A stretch of DNA of 21,273 bases from Chlamydiales bacterium (GTDB lineage Bacteria > Chlamydiota > Chlamydiia > Chlamydiales > JBDQID01): NCBI GenBank assembly GCA_047611865.1, contig JBLFWS010000046.1, positions 1 to 21,273 on the forward strand, given 5' to 3'. Every line of letters starts with the position of its first letter. Position 1 is the stretch's first letter. Below are positions 15,614 to 21,273 of this stretch, one piece after another. Under the pieces are notes generated by a model, which did not search any database, was not told the origin of the DNA, and was given only the letters and a program-made list of their open reading frames with translations. Position numbers and translations under genes: made by a program.

Positions 15614-17308
15614 ATGTTTGACGATGTTATCCCCACCACTCCAGCAATACAGATCTCAGTAAGAGACCCAGGTCTCGAAGCGTCTACAGGCTCTAAAAAA
15701 AAATACGAATATCTTAATCAAAAAGGATATTTGGAGATACCCGGCCGTGGAACTCTTAAGCTACGCGTAAATCTTCCTGACCAAGAAAAAACTTTTACAT
15801 TGGATGAAATTAAGACTGCTCTCATGAATGGAGATGTGGAGAAGGAAGATAAGTGGAGGAAAATTGCAGATCTTACAAACGCAATGGTGGGACAAATTTT
15901 TAATAATATTGCTGCTGATTGCGAAGGGGAATTTGGTGATAAGACGAGAATTACGGAAAAGGAAACCAGAGATACCAATAAGGATGTTCAGCTAGTTGAC
16001 CACGATGCAACGGATGCTGTTGTGTCCAGAAAAGATACTCCTGATGAAACGGAAATTGTGAAAAACTTTAATGAATTGGTTCAAAAGATAGGGCAAATCG
16101 CAGGAGATGTGCTTTCGAGTGCTCCGGGGGCAGGGGATGGCGTAACAATGAAAATTAATCAAAACCAGGTCGGCTCTACTGGTGTAGTTGATCAAGAGGA
16201 GCAAGTAGCCATCGAAAGACCTTTTAGCAGTAGCTTGAAGGTTTGGAACCAGCTTCTTAGAGATGGAAAAGGTGAGGATGGAGGCATTACTCGAGATTTT
16301 TTGACAGGGCTCTATAACAGAGTGCCTGACCTTTCTGAGAGAGTTTCGGATAATAACCTCTTGAAAGCCAAGAAAGTTCAGGAGGATCTAAATGAGGCAA
16401 CTCAGGGTCATCAAGAGAAAATTAGCCAAATGGAAGATGAGTTTATGACTCTACTTACATCTGGAGATTTGAGTCTAGCTAATGGGCAGGACGCTCCGGA
16501 TGGATTAGCTCTGCAAAGAATAATTGAAATGGCCGATAAAAAAATTGCAGAGAAGAGAAAGCTAGCCGATGCAGAAGACCAGGACTTAGCTATAATGGAG
16601 AATCAGCTAGTCAAGCTTAAGGAGCTGGCTTCCTCGGGATTGGAGGATCAAATATCTATTTCTCTTGAGGGGAGCTCTCCTATTGCCGATGATGAACTTG
16701 ACCTTCGTGAACTTGCTAATGATCTCCTGAAAATGAAAGATTTGGAGGAAAACTTATTTTCTATGGAAGGGCAACTGGAGCTTAAAAAATTAGTTGATGG
16801 GGATGTGAGAAACTTTATAGCAATGAAGGAAGAAGTCGATGGCGGGTACGAGGAACTTCTTGCTGAGGCTACAACCTTTGAAAAAGATATTGAGCCTTTA
16901 TTTGCTGAAGTGAAAAAAGACATAATAATAAAGACCTTTGGTAGGCATTTTGGAAAGATTGGACCAGCAAGACAAAAAATGATTTTAGATAAGGTTGAAC
17001 TTTTAAGAGTAGATGTAGATGAGCGCCTGAATAAAGTGAGCATCGATGATGAAGATGGAGAACTGCCTAATACGGTAGTGATATATCGAGGCTGTCTTGA
17101 AAGAGCTCAAGAGAGGCTAACAGAGTTTGCAGAAGGTACCCTTGCAACGGAGTACCCTCATAGAGCAAGTGTTTTAAAGGAATGGGAGGGATTGAAGGAA
17201 TATATTTTTACAAGACCTCCAGAGGTAGCACCGATAGTTCCTCCTTTAGAGTCATTAGAGGGGGATGTGGGTACACCACCTCCGACTGCAGAAGAAGAAG
17301 AAGTATAA
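15614..17308 (+). CDS. Hypothetical acidic coiled-coil protein with a Pro-rich acidic tail; candidate secreted effector
   Basis: 564-aa ORF rich in Glu/Asp/Leu helical segments, ending RPPEVAPIVPP..TPPPTAEEEEV. No TM segment or signal peptide. Confidence 0.8.
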   Translation: MFDDVIPTTPAIQISVRDPGLEASTGSKKKYEYLNQKGYLEIPGRGTLKLRVNLPDQEKTFTLDEIKTALMNGDVEKEDKWRKIADLTNAMVGQIFNNIAADCEGEFGDKTRITEKETRDTNKDVQLVDHDATDAVVSRKDTPDETEIVKNFNELVQKIGQIAGDVLSSAPGAGDGVTMKINQNQVGSTGVVDQEEQVAIERPFSSSLKVWNQLLRDGKGEDGGITRDFLTGLYNRVPDLSERVSDNNLLKAKKVQEDLNEATQGHQEKISQMEDEFMTLLTSGDLSLANGQDAPDGLALQRIIEMADKKIAEKRKLADAEDQDLAIMENQLVKLKELASSGLEDQISISLEGSSPIADDELDLRELANDLLKMKDLEENLFSMEGQLELKKLVDGDVRNFIAMKEEVDGGYEELLAEATTFEKDIEPLFAEVKKDIIIKTFGRHFGKIGPARQKMILDKVELLRVDVDERLNKVSIDDEDGELPNTVVIYRGCLERAQERLTEFAEGTLATEYPHRASVLKEWEGLKEYIFTRPPEVAPIVPPLESLEGDVGTPPPTAEEEEV

Positions 17309-17593
17309 ATTAGTCTAAATTTCCAACCATGCCCCAAATTCCGATTATTGAACTTATCTCGCTATAGATTGAACATATCTCTATTCGTTTTTCCGTGTAT
17401 TTTCGATTCTTATACCTTTACGTTTGTACAAGAGGCTTATTTAGATAAGTCGGGGCTTACATTAGATTTGATTGATAATAGGGCTTTCCGTTAGACTGAT
17501 ACCTCGTGAATTTTCCTAACAATCTGCTTTGACACATCCTCAATTAACAGGAGCGCAGTCGACTTTGCAGATATAACCCCGACAGGTTTACGC

Positions 17594-18286
17594 ATGACAA
17601 ATAACGGTAGATCAGGCGAAGAGCTTTTACTCCCCGACAATACGAAATATCGCAGTATCCTAATTTTTGGTCCTCCAGGAGCTGGTAAAGGAACCCTCGG
17701 TAGCTTCTTAAGTAGTGCTGGTAGTCAGTTTCACTTGTCCTCAGGGGATATTTTTAGAGGTCTTTCTCCAGAGTCTCCAGCAGGAAAGCTGTATTATAAG
17801 TATGCTAGCAAAGGCTTGCTTGTTCCCGATGAGGTAACGATAGAAATCTGGCGTAATTATGTTTCAGGACTCATTGCGACCAACCGCTATTTTCCCAAGC
17901 AGCAATACTTACTCCTGGATGGTATCCCCCGTACTTTGTCACAAGCAGAGATCCTTGACGAGTATATCGATGTTAAGCATATAGTCGTTTTGAAAATGGA
18001 AAACGAAAAAGAATTGATCACACGTATGCAACGTCGCGCCTCGATAGAAGGTCGTGCCGATGACTTCGACATTAATGTCCTGAGAACACGTTTTGAGGTA
18101 TATCACCGAGAGACAGAGCAAGTTTTGAGCCATTACTCACCGGATAAGATATCTACATTCAGCGCTGGACAAAAACCGCTTGAAGTATTACGTGATGTGC
18201 TGGTGAAGCTTTCCGAAATGCTTACCTTTCAAACAGACCCTATAACTTTGAATAAAGCTGATAGTTACACGGATCCAAGGGCCTAA
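17594..18286 (+). CDS. adk: Adenylate kinase, short-LID type
   Basis: P-loop GPPGAGKGT, HLSSGDIFR, GLLVPDE, LLDGIPRT and a short LID RRASIEGRADD. Confidence 0.92.
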   Translation: MTNNGRSGEELLLPDNTKYRSILIFGPPGAGKGTLGSFLSSAGSQFHLSSGDIFRGLSPESPAGKLYYKYASKGLLVPDEVTIEIWRNYVSGLIATNRYFPKQQYLLLDGIPRTLSQAEILDEYIDVKHIVVLKMENEKELITRMQRRASIEGRADDFDINVLRTRFEVYHRETEQVLSHYSPDKISTFSAGQKPLEVLRDVLVKLSEMLTFQTDPITLNKADSYTDPRA

Positions 18287-18294
18287 GTAAGACG

Positions 18295-18756
18295 ATGAAG
18301 AAGAAAAGTGGGGATTTGGTTTCAAACCGCAAAGCCAGACATGACTACGAAATCCTGGAGACCTATGAAGCTGGCCTCGTTCTGAAAGGTACAGAGGTAA
18401 AGTCTCTACGTGATGGAGGGGGGAGTCTTCAGGAAGCTTATGTTAAAGTCCTGAAGGGAGAAGTATGGCTTATCGGGGCCAATATAGCCCAATATCGTTT
18501 TGGAAATCTTCACAACCACGAAGAACGAAGAGACCGTAAGCTTCTCTTACACAAGCGCGAAATAGCAAAGGTAGAAGTGGCGGTACAGCTAAAGGGGCTG
18601 ACTCTTGTCCCCCTTAACTTACATTTTAATAAAGGCCGCATAAAAATCACTTTCGGTATAGGTAAGGGTAAAAAACTAGCTGACAAAAGATCTGCTCTAA
18701 AAGAACGCCAGCAAAATATTGAGATACAAAGAACTATCAGAGATATTAACCGTTAA
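18295..18756 (+). CDS. smpB: SsrA-binding protein
   Basis: NRKARHDY, EAGLVLKGTEVKSLR, RKLLLHKREI and GKGKK..DKR. Confidence 0.98.
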   Translation: MKKKSGDLVSNRKARHDYEILETYEAGLVLKGTEVKSLRDGGGSLQEAYVKVLKGEVWLIGANIAQYRFGNLHNHEERRDRKLLLHKREIAKVEVAVQLKGLTLVPLNLHFNKGRIKITFGIGKGKKLADKRSALKERQQNIEIQRTIRDINR

Positions 18757-18786
18757 TTTGAACATGCTTTTTAAGTGCTTTTGATC

Positions 18787-18813
18787 TTGACTTTTTGCTC
18801 TTTCTGACATAAT
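18787..18813 (+). promoter_or_regulatory. Possible dnaN-recF promoter
   Basis: Extended -10 TG-a-CATAAT (18805-18813). TTGACT lies at 18787-18792, but the spacer is only 15 nt. Confidence 0.35.
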
Positions 18814-18855
18814 GTCCGTAATCTTTTTAACTGAACATGGCGAGGAAAGTTTCCT

Positions 18856-19956
18856 ATGAAGTTTATCATTTCTAAAAACGAGTTAGGCAACCTCATAGGC
18901 CAGATACAGAATGTTGTTGCACAAAAGGCTACAATACCGATTCTGTCAAACCTGCTTATAGAAGCAAGCAATGACGAACTGGTCTTTACGGCAACAGACC
19001 TGACGGTAGGGATGCGCTGCTTTACCCAGGCAAAAATTCTGGAAGAGGGTGCCACAACCATTCCTGCGAGACGTTTCTTTCAGCTGATCCGTGAACTGAC
19101 AGCTTCTAATATCGAAATTAATTGTAATGGAAACGATGTCACAGAAGTCATTGCCGATACTTCTCGCTTTAAGTTGAACGGCAAAGACAAAAACGAATTT
19201 CCCGCATTGCCAGACCTGACAGGGGCTGTCCAATTCAAAATTCGATATGAAGCAATCAAAGAGATGTTTTTCAGAACAAGCTTTGCCGTTTCTCGTGATG
19301 ACAACCGTTATGTTCTAACTGGCGTATACATGAGTATCGAAGAAGGAAGGGCGACTTTTGTAGGTACCGATGGTAAGCGTCTTGCTAAAGCTTATACCTC
19401 GATAGAGATCGACCCGAGCTTCACCGGCCAGTATATCCTTCCTTTGAAAGCTGTAGAAGAAATCATAAAAATTCTCGGGGATGAGGGAGAAGCAACCGTT
19501 TACCTGATGAATGACAAGATCGCTGTAGAGTCCGAAAACAGTATCGTGATTTCCAAGCTTCTCAGTGGTGATTACCCCAACGTAAACCGCGTAATTCCCG
19601 CAAGCACCAATATCCAGGTTTCTCTGCACAGAGAAGAGCTAATAACTCTCCTCCGTCAAGTATCTCTCTTTACTACAGATACCAGCAGCTCCGTGCGCTT
19701 CTCCTTTACCAAAGGAGAGCTCAGACTGATGGCGAATAATAGTGAGATAGGAGAAGGCAAGGTTAGCATGCCAGTAAATTTCGAAGGAGAGCAGCTAGAT
19801 ATTGCTTTCAACCCGAACTTTTTCCTCGATATCCTGCGCCACAACAGAGATGAAACAGTATCACTGGGTATCACAGATTCTTACAACCCTGGTGTAATAA
19901 CCGACTCATCAACGGCATTGTTTGTCATAATGCCTATGCGCTTGAATGAAGAGTAA
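18856..19956 (+). CDS. dnaN: DNA polymerase III beta sliding clamp
   Basis: TIPILSN, ATDL, RYVLTGV, GTDGKRLA, GDYPNVNRVIP, IAFNPNF and C-terminal VIMPMRL. 366 aa. Confidence 0.98.
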   Translation: MKFIISKNELGNLIGQIQNVVAQKATIPILSNLLIEASNDELVFTATDLTVGMRCFTQAKILEEGATTIPARRFFQLIRELTASNIEINCNGNDVTEVIADTSRFKLNGKDKNEFPALPDLTGAVQFKIRYEAIKEMFFRTSFAVSRDDNRYVLTGVYMSIEEGRATFVGTDGKRLAKAYTSIEIDPSFTGQYILPLKAVEEIIKILGDEGEATVYLMNDKIAVESENSIVISKLLSGDYPNVNRVIPASTNIQVSLHREELITLLRQVSLFTTDTSSSVRFSFTKGELRLMANNSEIGEGKVSMPVNFEGEQLDIAFNPNFFLDILRHNRDETVSLGITDSYNPGVITDSSTALFVIMPMRLNEE

Positions 19957-19958
19957 GG

Positions 19959-21041
19959 ATGCACCTAAGCAGCCTTTACCTTCGTAATTTCCGCAGTCAT
20001 GAAGAGGCGTGGGTCGAATTCGGCCCGCGCCTTAACAATATTTACGGACCCAACGCCCAAGGGAAGACTAACCTTCTTGAGGCCATATATTTTCTGATTA
20101 TCGGCAGGTCATTCCGCACGCAAGGTCTTAGTGATCTAATCAGATATGAGGCCGATTCCTTTTTTCTTGAGGCTCGCTTTGTCAAAAATGGCATCGAGCA
20201 GACTCTTCGTGTATCGACAGACGGAAAAGAGAAAAGCATAGTCTATAACAGTACAAAATACGCCTCCTTCACAAACCTTTTAGGCCTTTTACAGGGCGTT
20301 GTGTTATCTCCTCAGGACAATGCCCTGGTTAGTGGATCACCTTTACTAAGGCGGCGCTACCTGGATATACAGATTGCTCAGGTTGACCCCTTGTACGTTC
20401 ACCACCTCAGCCGCTACACCCGTGCAATGAAACAGCGTAACACCTTATTGCGTCGTAAGAAAACTACAGCTATTGAAGTATGGGAGCTGGAGATGGCAAA
20501 GGCCGCAGCATACATCACAAAAGAACGCTCCCACACAGTCGGAGACCTTTCAGAGAAAGCTAGTAAAATACAACTATCACTCAGCAAAGGAAATGACCTC
20601 CTAAAACTACAGTACAAAACATCAGCACCAGTAAAGTCCGAGAAAAAGGAGCTCTTCGAGTACTTCCTCGAGCAGTATAACAAGCTACGCAACAGAGAGA
20701 TGCTCCTAGGATATACAACCACCGGACCCCACCGCGACGACATGGTAATATCGATTCATGACAAAGATGCTCGACTATTCGCCAGCGAAGGGCAGAAATG
20801 TAGCTGCGCAGTATCCCTACGCCTAGCGGAATGGCAAAGGCTCAACGAAATTAGCGGAGAAGCACCGCTAATGGCCATAGACGACATCGGAAACTCCCTA
20901 GACAGATCAAGAAAAGAAGCCATAGGACAGTACCTCTCAGATCTAGGACAAGTATTCGTAACATCCACAGAAAGACTCCCCGCACTAGACTCCCACCTAA
21001 TAGAAATATCAGGTTTGTTACAAGAAGGCGTCACTCAGTAG
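19959..21041 (+). CDS. recF: DNA replication and repair protein RecF
   Basis: NFRS, Walker A GPNAQGKTNLLEAI, SFRT, RRRYLD, QRNTLL, GPHRDD, ASEGQ, DDIGNSLD and QVFVTST. Directly follows dnaN. Confidence 0.97.
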   Translation: MHLSSLYLRNFRSHEEAWVEFGPRLNNIYGPNAQGKTNLLEAIYFLIIGRSFRTQGLSDLIRYEADSFFLEARFVKNGIEQTLRVSTDGKEKSIVYNSTKYASFTNLLGLLQGVVLSPQDNALVSGSPLLRRRYLDIQIAQVDPLYVHHLSRYTRAMKQRNTLLRRKKTTAIEVWELEMAKAAAYITKERSHTVGDLSEKASKIQLSLSKGNDLLKLQYKTSAPVKSEKKELFEYFLEQYNKLRNREMLLGYTTTGPHRDDMVISIHDKDARLFASEGQKCSCAVSLRLAEWQRLNEISGEAPLMAIDDIGNSLDRSRKEAIGQYLSDLGQVFVTSTERLPALDSHLIEISGLLQEGVTQ

Positions 21042-21273
21042 ATCTTTCATCTACCAATCTATATAGATAAACTATCTATCATCAAGCCATCCTTGGGGCT
21101 TCACCCCATACGCATCAACCTAAGGTTGTAAGTGAATATAAGGGAGCTGTTTGAATAAAAGAATAACTCAAATCTGCAGCGATTTGTTTTGCTAAAAATT
21201 AAGTAATTTTACATTTTAGCACAAAGAATTCGTAAATAAAAAGTGTAAGCAAAGATGCCCACGAAGTGGGTTA

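Noticed and set aside
18757..18855. oriC or tmRNA gene next to smpB/dnaN
   Set aside because: No DnaA-box (TTATCCACA) cluster, dnaA gene or tmRNA termini are seen, and the gap is only about 100 bp.

Overview
This window is a chromosomal segment from a member of the Chlamydiota, most likely an environmental (non-Chlamydiaceae) lineage. The assignment is inferred from the smpB-dnaN-recF order without dnaA, the chlamydial-type ferredoxin and the short-LID adenylate kinase. From left to right it holds: the 3' end of an IS256-family element; a lipoprotein plus a large ResB/CcsB-like membrane protein with no ccsA in the window; a 399-aa orphan gene bracketed by two copies of a ~200-bp IS903-like MITE; sucA-sucB-lpdA; a convergent ferredoxin and DUF1858-IscA fusion pair; a small coiled-coil gene; two large orphan, effector-like genes behind AT-rich promoters; and adk-smpB-dnaN-recF. 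Each MITE has 15-bp terminal inverted repeats, its own 9-bp target duplication, and a nested palindrome built from 9-mer units. The most notable items are the nested MITE family, the orphan ResB-like module, a candidate minus-strand sRNA near 704-775, the repeat-bearing candidate type III effectors with shared upstream motifs, and a strand-composition shift toward recF. All calls are by eye; no database search or computation was run.
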